From an uncultured virus (IMG/VR IMGVR_UViG_3300020048_000028) (lineage: Duplodnaviria > Heunggongvirae > Uroviricota > Caudoviricetes), in the IMG/VR virus record IMGVR_UViG_3300020048_000028: a DNA stretch of 64,000 bases. One strand, 5' to 3'. The stretch's first letter is position 1, and every line of letters starts with the position of its first letter. Made by a program: the position numbers and the translations under genes. Shown here piece after piece: positions 28,115-36,361 of this stretch. The notes below the pieces were generated by a model. It was given only the letters and a program-made list of their open reading frames with translations. It was not told the origin of the DNA and made no database searches.

Positions 28115-29671
28115 ATGGATAAACATTGGGACAACGAATATAGAGATGGTGGCTCAATTAGCAGCGACAGAACATTCACAGAATGGGATTTCAATAAGTT
28201 AATGGCTTCTGATAAATTTCGTGCTGTATGGAGTGGAAACCTTTGGGAAATAATAGAGGAAGGTAGAACAACTGTTTTAGGTAAATTCAATCCTAAAACA
28301 AAATCATTATATATTTCAGGAGATAAAAACATGGACAACTTCTTAGTTGTTTGGATGACTGAAAACGGATTCGTTAATTCTGAGGAATATGCTATTTTAG
28401 CAAATGGAGGTGGAGTTGGCAATGATTGGTTTTGGAATCATGCTTATAGACATTACATGAGAGATGCTTCTTTAGAACAAAGAAATAAAGTTAAAGAACA
28501 ATTTATCAAAGAGGGTTTAGAATTAGATGGCGAAAGTCCAAGACACGCTTATATTGTAGTAAGTATAGTAAGTCCTGAAGAATTAAAATATTTTTCTAAA
28601 GTTGGCGATAATGCTATTCGTTTTGATGACGGTGGTGGAGTTGAAAGAATTGATTTGTTTGAAGATTACGAAAACATACCTGAAAGAGTACAAGTAGTTT
28701 TAGATACATATCAAGATGCTTTTGAAAATGGAGATTATAAACAATTAGCCATAGCTAATAGAACATTAGAAAGAATAGGTTATACTTTTGATTATGGTTT
28801 AGATGGACAAGCATACGGTTTAAGACCAATAGGAGTTCCTTTAAATGAATTGAAAGGATACGAAGATATGGGAGAAAATTACGCTAATGGTGGTGGAGTT
28901 GGTTCTTATCCTTACGAGCTAACTATTTTGGTTAGCAATAAGGATTATGCGAAAATTATAATACAAAGGTATAATGGTATTATATTAGAAGAATCTTCAA
29001 AAGATAACGGATATGAATTTGCTTTAGGAAGTTATGATTGGAGAGTATTAGATAAAATAGCCGATGAATTACATGATAAAGGCTTTTTTATTTCTCAATA
29101 TGCCAATGGCGGTGCAATAAAAACTGATTTCAACGAATTAGAAAATACTGAACTTAGAAATGTATTAATTTCCTTTTGGAATGATTTTTTTAATAATCCT
29201 ATCTGTAATTATTTATCAATACAAAAAGAGAATTATATATTATCAAACATTGATAATGTATTTGTTATTGTTAGAGATGAAGATAAAGGCATTTTTAGTG
29301 ATATTGAAAAACAAAATATTGATATGTTTTTAAGTCCTTACTTTGACTCAGATAAAAAACCTTTGTTTACTGAATTTTTTAATAAATATAAAATAAAGGA
29401 TAATAAAATAATAATCTATATTAAGGAAGGAAATATGTACGCTAATGGTGGTGGAGTTGAAATAGCAGATGATTACGCTGATTTAAGATTTGCCTCTAAA
29501 CAGTTTTCTAAAACGGCAGAAATGTTAGTAAGAGAAAATTTTAATAATGGAGAAATCTGTATGTGTAAACTTACTAAGATACTTGGACATGAACCTAATT
29601 ATCCTATTCAGATTGTTGGTTCTTTAAAACTTGAAAAATGTTTTATGAAAAGATTTTACAAATTAGCATAA
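28115..29671 (+). CDS. modular polyprotein-like protein with 6 xxxGG linkers and KCF C-terminal domain
   Basis: YRDGG, LANGG, FDDGG, YANGG x3; ends KCFMKRFYKLA. Confidence 0.7.
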   Translation: MDKHWDNEYRDGGSISSDRTFTEWDFNKLMASDKFRAVWSGNLWEIIEEGRTTVLGKFNPKTKSLYISGDKNMDNFLVVWMTENGFVNSEEYAILANGGGVGNDWFWNHAYRHYMRDASLEQRNKVKEQFIKEGLELDGESPRHAYIVVSIVSPEELKYFSKVGDNAIRFDDGGGVERIDLFEDYENIPERVQVVLDTYQDAFENGDYKQLAIANRTLERIGYTFDYGLDGQAYGLRPIGVPLNELKGYEDMGENYANGGGVGSYPYELTILVSNKDYAKIIIQRYNGIILEESSKDNGYEFALGSYDWRVLDKIADELHDKGFFISQYANGGAIKTDFNELENTELRNVLISFWNDFFNNPICNYLSIQKENYILSNIDNVFVIVRDEDKGIFSDIEKQNIDMFLSPYFDSDKKPLFTEFFNKYKIKDNKIIIYIKEGNMYANGGGVEIADDYADLRFASKQFSKTAEMLVRENFNNGEICMCKLTKILGHEPNYPIQIVGSLKLEKCFMKRFYKLA

Positions 29672-29696
29672 CAAAAAAAATATAAATAAATGTATC

Positions 29697-30149
29697 ATGG
29701 CGATTAAGAAGTTAAAAAAAGCAGAAAAGCCTACTGTAAAAGATAAGGATGAAAAAGCTAAACCGACAGGTTATCGTTTTAAGACTAAGGATAATCCTAA
29801 GTTAGAAAAAAAAGACGGAACTTTGAATAAAAAAGGTAAAGAGCTTTATTATGCACGACCAACTAAAAAAGAAGTTGAGGAGTATAAAAGAAATCCTGAT
29901 GGTTCTTATGACGATGATGTAAAACAAATATATCACGAAACAAGAGCTGACCGTAAACACTCTGACGATAACTTGAAAAAGAAGTTTGAAGAAGGTGGAG
30001 ATACTGTTTTACCTTTTATAGTAGAAAAGAGTATGGAAGATATGAGAGTAGCATTAGGTCGTGAGCCAAATTATCCTTACGATTTTATTAATGGCGAAAA
30101 GTATGTAAAATGTTTTTTACGTCCTTATTACGCTTTAAAAGATAAATAA
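29697..30149 (+). CDS. basic protein with FEEGG linker and KCF C-terminal domain
   Basis: Ends LGREPNYPY...KCFLRPYYALK. Confidence 0.7.
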   Translation: MAIKKLKKAEKPTVKDKDEKAKPTGYRFKTKDNPKLEKKDGTLNKKGKELYYARPTKKEVEEYKRNPDGSYDDDVKQIYHETRADRKHSDDNLKKKFEEGGDTVLPFIVEKSMEDMRVALGREPNYPYDFINGEKYVKCFLRPYYALKDK

Positions 30150-30174
30150 AAATAATACATAATAAATAAATAAA

Positions 30175-30537
30175 ATGGATAGTAATACAAAAGGTATAAT
30201 AACAGTAGGAGTTGCTTTAGGAGTAGTAGGCTTGGCTTATTACTTTTTAGTGCATAATAGAACTCAGGAATCAGGTTCAGATAGCATTAATTTTAATTCT
30301 CTTTTAAGTAATACGGGATTAAAGCCTAATCAGAGTGGTATATTAATAATTCCGTTTAATGATTCTAAAAACTCTGCTCAGTTTTATAATAATAATCGTA
30401 TTTTCATTTTTGATGCTGATAAAAATGTTGTAGCAAAAGGAACATATTCAGATGGTGGTAAATCTATAAAATTAGATTCAGGTAGCGAGATAGCAAGTGG
30501 AAGTGTATTTAGTAACTTATTACAAATAGTAAAATAA
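30175..30537 (+). CDS. N-terminal TM protein with small beta domain
   Basis: TM at aa 7-26. Confidence 0.65.
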   Translation: MDSNTKGIITVGVALGVVGLAYYFLVHNRTQESGSDSINFNSLLSNTGLKPNQSGILIIPFNDSKNSAQFYNNNRIFIFDADKNVVAKGTYSDGGKSIKLDSGSEIASGSVFSNLLQIVK

Positions 30538-30538
30538 T

Positions 30539-31066
30539 ATGGAAGCAAAAGTCAATCAATATTACGAATCGCTTCCCTCGTGGGCAAAAGGCACACTTGC
30601 AGTTGCAGTTATTGCAGGTGTTGGAATACTTGGGTTCGTTATTTACAGAAAAATAAAATTAATTCAAGAAAAAGCAGTAAGTAATGAAACAGCTAATTCG
30701 GCAGAAGATGAATATTTAAAATTAAAGAAAAAGGGGCAAACATTATCGTTCCCTCAAACTAATTATTTTTCTGCTGCATCTGCAATTCAAAATGCTTTAA
30801 ATGGTTGCGACACTTATGTAGGAGAAGAAGATGCGGTTTATACTGTTTTAAATATTGTAAAAAAACCTATTGATTGGTATTACTTGGTTAATATATTTGG
30901 TTCAAGAAAAATTGATGATTGTGTATATGGCAGCACAATGTATGCTTTGCCTGAATTATTGATGCAGCAACTTGGAAGTGTGAATACGTCTACCTCAATA
31001 TATACAAAATCTAATATAACAGTTTTAAGAGCAGGATTGAAGAAAATAGGAGTAGAACTTGGTTAA
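30539..31066 (+). CDS. N-terminal TM protein with annexin-repeat-like segment
   Basis: AxxIxNALNGxxT...EDAVxxVL resembles the annexin AxxLxxAMxGxGTDExxI motif. Confidence 0.45.
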   Translation: MEAKVNQYYESLPSWAKGTLAVAVIAGVGILGFVIYRKIKLIQEKAVSNETANSAEDEYLKLKKKGQTLSFPQTNYFSAASAIQNALNGCDTYVGEEDAVYTVLNIVKKPIDWYYLVNIFGSRKIDDCVYGSTMYALPELLMQQLGSVNTSTSIYTKSNITVLRAGLKKIGVELG

Positions 31067-31104
31067 TATAATTTTAAAATAAATAAAAAAACAAATAAAT
31101 AATA

Positions 31105-31293
31105 ATGAAAACATTAGGAAAGGTTACAGATGCAACGGTTATTGTTGGTAGTTTAATTGTAGGTTATGGTGCATTTAATGCTTTATTTGAAGGTATTAAA
31201 ACTAAAAATTCAGCAATCATAACTATTAGTGGCTTAACTGCTTTAATAACAATTTATGCTTTTAAAGAAGCTATGCGAAACATAAAAGAGTAA
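31105..31293 (+). CDS. small 2-TM protein
   Basis: Two hydrophobic helices. Confidence 0.6.
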   Translation: MKTLGKVTDATVIVGSLIVGYGAFNALFEGIKTKNSAIITISGLTALITIYAFKEAMRNIKE

Positions 31294-31313
31294 TTAATTT
31301 AAAAAATAATAAA

Positions 31314-31556
31314 ATGAGTAATTTATCAGATAGTAAAAAAGAGCGTTTGTCAAATATAGTTTCGGCACAACAGGCAATAGGTTTGTTGGGAAATGTTGGT
31401 GGAATCATTTATGCTAATAAAACAGGTGGAGGTTTTTGGAGATATGTTGGTTATGCTTTATTAGGTGGGCTGATTGTTGGAATACCAACAATGTTAGTTG
31501 CCAATAATTTTAAAAATAAAATTTTAGCAGAAGTAGATGAACCTGTAAAAAAATAA
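31314..31556 (+). CDS. small 2-TM protein
   Basis: Gly-rich hydrophobic hairpin. Confidence 0.6.
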   Translation: MSNLSDSKKERLSNIVSAQQAIGLLGNVGGIIYANKTGGGFWRYVGYALLGGLIVGIPTMLVANNFKNKILAEVDEPVKK

Positions 31557-31585
31557 TAATAAAATAAATAATAATAACAAATAAA

Positions 31586-32269
31586 ATGAAAACAAATAAA
31601 ACATTACTTTGGGTAGGAATAGGTTCGGCATTATTAATTGGTGGCGGTTTATTTTGGTGGTTTAAAAATAAATCAAAAACAGATGAAACTAATGATACTG
31701 TAAAAGAGCCTGTAAAAGAAGAAGAAAAATCTAAAAAAGAAGAAGATGTTATTAAAACAGAAACTTCTTCAACTGCTCCAAGTTTACCATCAACTCCTTT
31801 TAATAATAAAGCTGAGGGAGATGCGTTCAGAGCTTGGATGTCTGTAAATCATTCTGACTTTAGGTATAAAGGAGATGTTCTTGATAAATCGGGAGATTAC
31901 AATAATTCATTTATGAAAGTAGCTTATGATAAATACGGAAAAGAATATGCTTCTAAAAATGTAAAAAAAGATACTACAAATAGTGTAGCAGTTAATAGCC
32001 TAATGTTTTTAAAAGGTGTTGATAATACTACTATTTATAGCTATCCTGAATTTAAAGGTGAGTATTTATTAGGCAGTATTGCTAAATCTTGGTTATTAGA
32101 TAGAGCTTTTGGTAAGTTTATTTCAGATACGGGAACAGGTTGGATTAAGTTTGAAACAATAGCTTTTGTTCCTAAATGTCCTGCTAATGCAAGATGTACA
32201 GGTCAAGCTCAACCTAAAACGGTAACGGCATATATTAAAAAAGAATTTGTTTCTAATAAACCATACTAA
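31586..32269 (+). CDS. N-terminal TM protein (possible cell-wall-binding/SH3-like domains)
   Basis: TM, charged linker, helical domain, C-terminal GWIK...AYIKKEFV. Confidence 0.55.
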   Translation: MKTNKTLLWVGIGSALLIGGGLFWWFKNKSKTDETNDTVKEPVKEEEKSKKEEDVIKTETSSTAPSLPSTPFNNKAEGDAFRAWMSVNHSDFRYKGDVLDKSGDYNNSFMKVAYDKYGKEYASKNVKKDTTNSVAVNSLMFLKGVDNTTIYSYPEFKGEYLLGSIAKSWLLDRAFGKFISDTGTGWIKFETIAFVPKCPANARCTGQAQPKTVTAYIKKEFVSNKPY

Positions 32270-32270
32270 G

Positions 32271-32756
32271 ATGTCAGGTAGCATAAATAACGATAGGATT
32301 GCGAATGGAAGAAAGAAAGTTTTTCTTGCCACTCAAAAACTTGAATTACTTTTACCAAACGGTAAGAGTGATGGATTTCTTGAAAAAGATGATGCTGTTT
32401 ATGTAGTTAAAAGAGTAAAAATAAAAGGTGTAAGTTATTTGAAATTTAGAGTCATAAAATTCGCTAATTCAAAAAAAGAGCCTCAAGTTTATACTGCTGA
32501 AAGAAAGTATTTTAAGCGTTATGTAGAAACAAAATCTAACATAGATGGAGATTCTGCTGCTGATACTAATTCTAACTCAGCTATTGCACCAAGTAAAGTA
32601 AATTATAAAGTGCCTACAATAACGGCTTTAAGTGGTGGTGTTTTAGGTTATTTATTAGCTAAAAAATACGATAAAAATCTTTTAGTATTTGGTTTTGGTG
32701 GTGTAGTTATTGGTGCTTTAGTAGGTGTTTTCATAACCAAATATAAAACAAAATAA
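32271..32756 (+). CDS. C-terminal 2-TM protein
   Basis: ATG at 32271; SNIDG motif; TM hairpin. Confidence 0.6.
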   Translation: MSGSINNDRIANGRKKVFLATQKLELLLPNGKSDGFLEKDDAVYVVKRVKIKGVSYLKFRVIKFANSKKEPQVYTAERKYFKRYVETKSNIDGDSAADTNSNSAIAPSKVNYKVPTITALSGGVLGYLLAKKYDKNLLVFGFGGVVIGALVGVFITKYKTK

Positions 32757-32757
32757 G

Positions 32758-33309
32758 ATGAAAAAATATTCTTTCAATAAAGATGCTGAATTAATTCCAT
32801 TATCACCAATAGGTTTTAATTTTTGTTATAGTCCTGTTAATTTCGCTAAAGGCGATGTTATAAATGGAACTAAAAGAGGAACGGTTGTTTTCTTTTCTAA
32901 GAATAATAAAAGTTTTGCTATTGATGATAGTTTGGGAATATTATTTAATATGCAGCAAGAGATTAAATCTAACGCTATTGGTCGTGGCGGTATTGCTATG
33001 GGTGGCGGTATGCGTGGTGGTGCTATAATGCGTGGCGGTGGTTTTCCTATGGGTGGTGGTGCTATAATTCGTGGTGGAGGTGCAGGCTTTCCTGTTCGTG
33101 GAGGAGGTTTCCCTTTGGGTTTAGCTCGTAGAGGATTTCCATCTCATAGACGAGGGTATTACAGAAATGGTAGGTTCTATGTTCCTCAAGGATTCTCTGT
33201 TTATAATGCTTTAAATGGTATGTGTTATTACCTTGACGAAAATGGATTCCCTGTGTATTTTCCATGTAATAATTGGATTTACGATTTAGATGTTGCTAAT
33301 TTACCTTAA
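32758..33309 (+). CDS. RGG/Gly-rich protein
   Basis: SNAIG followed by MRGG/RGGG repeats and an aromatic/Cys C-terminus. Confidence 0.6.
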   Translation: MKKYSFNKDAELIPLSPIGFNFCYSPVNFAKGDVINGTKRGTVVFFSKNNKSFAIDDSLGILFNMQQEIKSNAIGRGGIAMGGGMRGGAIMRGGGFPMGGGAIIRGGGAGFPVRGGGFPLGLARRGFPSHRRGYYRNGRFYVPQGFSVYNALNGMCYYLDENGFPVYFPCNNWIYDLDVANLP

Positions 33310-33319
33310 AAAAATAAAA

Positions 33320-33484
33320 ATGAATAAGACTGTAAAAATATTGTTAATGGTAGGCGGAATAGCCTTATTAGGAATTGGAGGATTTATGCTATATAAAAAA
33401 TATGGCAAAGATGATGATGTTAAAGGAGAGGGAGAAGTAACGCCTGAATCTAAAAAATCAAATAAAATTTCATTTACAAGATAA
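33320..33484 (+). CDS. small N-terminal TM protein
   Basis: MNKTVKILLMVGGIALLGIGGFMLYKK; ATG at 33320. Confidence 0.6.
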   Translation: MNKTVKILLMVGGIALLGIGGFMLYKKYGKDDDVKGEGEVTPESKKSNKISFTR

Positions 33485-33488
33485 TATC

Positions 33489-34151
33489 ATGGCTGAATTT
33501 AATATAAAAGTACCTCAAATAAAAAGTTCGTTTTACGATAATGTATCTGCAAAAGCGAATAAAGATAAGATTGAAAATCTTATTAGACCTAAGTATGGCG
33601 ACATGATTGATAGGATTGCCGATTTAGTTGGATTGCCATCTGTTTTAATTGAAAGTTTTATTTTCATTGAATCGGGTGGAAAAGAAAATGCTCAATCTCC
33701 TTATGCAACAGGTCTTATGCAATTAAACGGAGCTACTGCATCTGATACCTTAGTTTTTGAAAAAGGAGCAGGTAGATTAGATAAAGGCGAAATACAAATA
33801 CTAAAAAAATACTTAGGAAGTAGATATTCACTTTTAGAAAAAGTTAAACCTAAGCAAAGGTCAATAGGTAAAACTTTTGTAACAAAGACTGATTTATTAA
33901 ATCCTGAATTTAATGTTCTTGTGGGAAGTATTTTGTTAAAACAATTAGTTGACGAATTTTCAGAGAATGGTAAAATTAGATTTGATAAAGTAATTACCGT
34001 TTATAACGGTGGTAGATATGGTAAAGCAGCTAAAAAAGTAATTGCATTTAAAGGTAGCATAGATGAGATGTTAAGTTTTGTTCCTAAAGAAACTTCAAAC
34101 TATATTAGAAAATTAGTTGGAACTAATGGCATATTGGACGTTTTAGTTTAA
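33489..34151 (+). CDS. lytic transglycosylase (SLT domain)
   Basis: IESGG...ATGLMQL...LLNPEFN...YNGG motifs I-III. Confidence 0.85.
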   Translation: MAEFNIKVPQIKSSFYDNVSAKANKDKIENLIRPKYGDMIDRIADLVGLPSVLIESFIFIESGGKENAQSPYATGLMQLNGATASDTLVFEKGAGRLDKGEIQILKKYLGSRYSLLEKVKPKQRSIGKTFVTKTDLLNPEFNVLVGSILLKQLVDEFSENGKIRFDKVITVYNGGRYGKAAKKVIAFKGSIDEMLSFVPKETSNYIRKLVGTNGILDVLV

Positions 34152-34182
34152 AAATAAAAAGTAGAAAAAATAAATAAAAAAA

Positions 34183-34617
34183 ATGGACTTATCAAAAATA
34201 ACAAGTAGTAAAACTTTTAAAGTAGCCGCATGGATAGCGTTGCCTACACTTTTAGTAGCAGGTTTTTATGGCTATAAATTAATCAAGAAAAAGATTGATG
34301 AAAAGAAAGCTGAAAAAGAAAGAACGCTTGCTGATTTGAAGAAAACAGAAATGCAAGAAAAGTATAAAGAAATTAAATCAGTAGATGATTTTTTAGAAGC
34401 GGTAAAGTATTTAGATGAAACAAATCAATACGGTTACGACTTTACTCAATTCGATAAAAAGAAACTTGAAATAGAAAAAATCCCTTTTGATAAATTAAAA
34501 AGGTTATATGAGTTAGCTAAAAAAGGACAAGTTGCAGTTGCCTCAAGTAATGATACAGGAAGAACTAATAAGGAAGATGAAGAATTTTTAGACTTAATTC
34601 ATTTAATTTTTCCTTAA
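34183..34617 (+). CDS. N-terminal TM helical protein
   Basis: TM followed by charged helices. Confidence 0.6.
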   Translation: MDLSKITSSKTFKVAAWIALPTLLVAGFYGYKLIKKKIDEKKAEKERTLADLKKTEMQEKYKEIKSVDDFLEAVKYLDETNQYGYDFTQFDKKKLEIEKIPFDKLKRLYELAKKGQVAVASSNDTGRTNKEDEEFLDLIHLIFP

Positions 34618-34656
34618 TCATTATCCTAATCATAAAACAAATTAAAAATAAATAAA

Positions 34657-35118
34657 ATGCCATATTCAATTAGAGGAAAAGTAATAGATAGTGATAAGAA
34701 AATAAACCCAATCGCATTTGCGTTGGTTTACACTTCTGATTCAAAAGGAAAGCCTGTTACTCCATCAAAAAATACTGAAACAGATGATAAAGGTTTTTGG
34801 AAACTTGACGGTATAAACGATACTGATTTGATTACAGTTAGAAATCTTGGTTACAAAATGAAAACATTTGCCGCTAAAGATGTTCCTAATGTTTCTTTAA
34901 ATGAATTTATGCCTGCACAAAGAAGTGTTGTAACTGCATTGAATCCTGACGATACTCTTAATTTAGATGAGGTTAAGATTGAAGCGGATAGAGTTTTTCC
35001 TAAAATAGAAATTCCCGAAATTAAATTTCCTAAAAAAATAAACTATGGAGTTTATATATTTTTTGGAGGATTATTACTAATAGCAACAAGCTTAATATTA
35101 AATAGAAAAACACAATGA
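34657..35118 (+). CDS. carboxypeptidase-regulatory-like (SusC N-terminal extension) domain with C-terminal TM
   Basis: IRGKVID...PIxFAxV...TETDDKGFWKL...LGY...LDEVKI. Confidence 0.7.
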   Translation: MPYSIRGKVIDSDKKINPIAFALVYTSDSKGKPVTPSKNTETDDKGFWKLDGINDTDLITVRNLGYKMKTFAAKDVPNVSLNEFMPAQRSVVTALNPDDTLNLDEVKIEADRVFPKIEIPEIKFPKKINYGVYIFFGGLLLIATSLILNRKTQ

Positions 35119-35645
35119 TGAACATTTCACCAAAATTAAGAAACGGATTAATTATAGGCGGTCTTGTAGTTGCGGCTACAACATTAGCCCTTTATATGAA
35201 AAGTCAATTTAATCTTATTAAAGATTCTTGCTCCACTATTAGTGGAGGAATTATTCACAGCTTGGGATTAGATAGCGTTAAGATGACGTTGTTTTTTAAA
35301 ATCGTTAATGATAGTGATTTAACGATTCGTATCTCTGATATGAAATTTAATATCTATGTTAATAAAATGTTTGTAACTAAGATTTTAAGAAGTCAGCAGC
35401 AGGTTATTCATGGAAAGGCGGATACAATTATAAGACTTGATTTTGAATTTAATCCTAAAGACTTGTTGAGAGCAGGAATAGCAAACATAGAACCAATCAT
35501 TTATGATAAGGAAAAATTGGTAATTGGCATTAAAGGTACTTTCTCTGCTCAAACAGGAATTATAAAGTTAAAGAATTTTGATTTTGATGAAGAAATTACT
35601 TTAAAAGAGCTTTTGACTCCTTCAACAAAGCCAAAAAAATGCTAA
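35115..35645 (+). CDS. LEA_2/WHy-like domain membrane protein
   Basis: N-terminal TM; KIVNDSDLTIRI...FNIYVN beta pattern. Confidence 0.55.
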   Translation: MMNISPKLRNGLIIGGLVVAATTLALYMKSQFNLIKDSCSTISGGIIHSLGLDSVKMTLFFKIVNDSDLTIRISDMKFNIYVNKMFVTKILRSQQQVIHGKADTIIRLDFEFNPKDLLRAGIANIEPIIYDKEKLVIGIKGTFSAQTGIIKLKNFDFDEEITLKELLTPSTKPKKC

Positions 35646-35650
35646 ATTTG
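35643..35650 (+). promoter_or_regulatory. possible -7 promoter element
   Basis: TAAATTTG, 25 nt before ATG 35676. Confidence 0.35.
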
Positions 35651-35675
35651 TAGCATAACCAAAAAACCAAAGACA

Positions 35676-36038
35676 ATGATTAAAGACACATTAAAGAATG
35701 CAATTAGTTTATTAAGTAAAAAACACAATGTTAATGTTGTAGAGTTAAGAATAAAAATATCAAAACCCGAAAATTCACTCGTATATGATATTATGAAAAA
35801 TAAAGAAGTTTTAGAGCAAACAAATATTGCAACTGCTTTAAACCTAAACTCGATAGTAGCATTTATGGTAGCTAATAGATTAAGTTCAATTATAGACGGA
35901 TTAATAGATGAGCATGGAATTGAAGAACATAAAATTAACGTTAGGATTTATACCAAAACAGAAGATTGTGAACCTTTAATTTATTTGTTTGATGGTAAAG
36001 AACCTAAATGTCAGTTGGATATTGAAAAGTTCATTTGA
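35676..36038 (+). CDS. hypothetical protein
   Basis: 120 aa; AACCAAAGAC leader. Confidence 0.6.
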   Translation: MIKDTLKNAISLLSKKHNVNVVELRIKISKPENSLVYDIMKNKEVLEQTNIATALNLNSIVAFMVANRLSSIIDGLIDEHGIEEHKINVRIYTKTEDCEPLIYLFDGKEPKCQLDIEKFI

Positions 36039-36070
36039 TAAATTAGTAATAAAAATTAAAAATTAATAAA

Positions 36071-36340
36071 ATGTTTGATAAAAAGCAAAAATTATTCACT
36101 TATGTCTTAACGGCAAATACTTTAAGCATAATAGAAAGTTATGGTTTAACTGCTATTGCTTTAAAATTAACGGCAGGTGCAGGCTCGTATTTAGGAACAA
36201 AAAGTATTGGTGCTATAAATAGCTCTGCAATACCTCTTGTTGTTAATGAACCTGTTACTTTAAGTTCAGAACAGTCTAAATATATAGATGAGTTGTTAAT
36301 TGATGCAAGTGCAGGTGTCATAGAAATTATTGCACGATAA
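36071..36340 (+). CDS. small beta-rich structural protein
   Basis: 89 aa, beta pattern, precedes the spike genes. Confidence 0.55.
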   Translation: MFDKKQKLFTYVLTANTLSIIESYGLTAIALKLTAGAGSYLGTKSIGAINSSAIPLVVNEPVTLSSEQSKYIDELLIDASAGVIEIIAR

Positions 36341-36361
36341 TTTTATTTTTAATCAAACATT

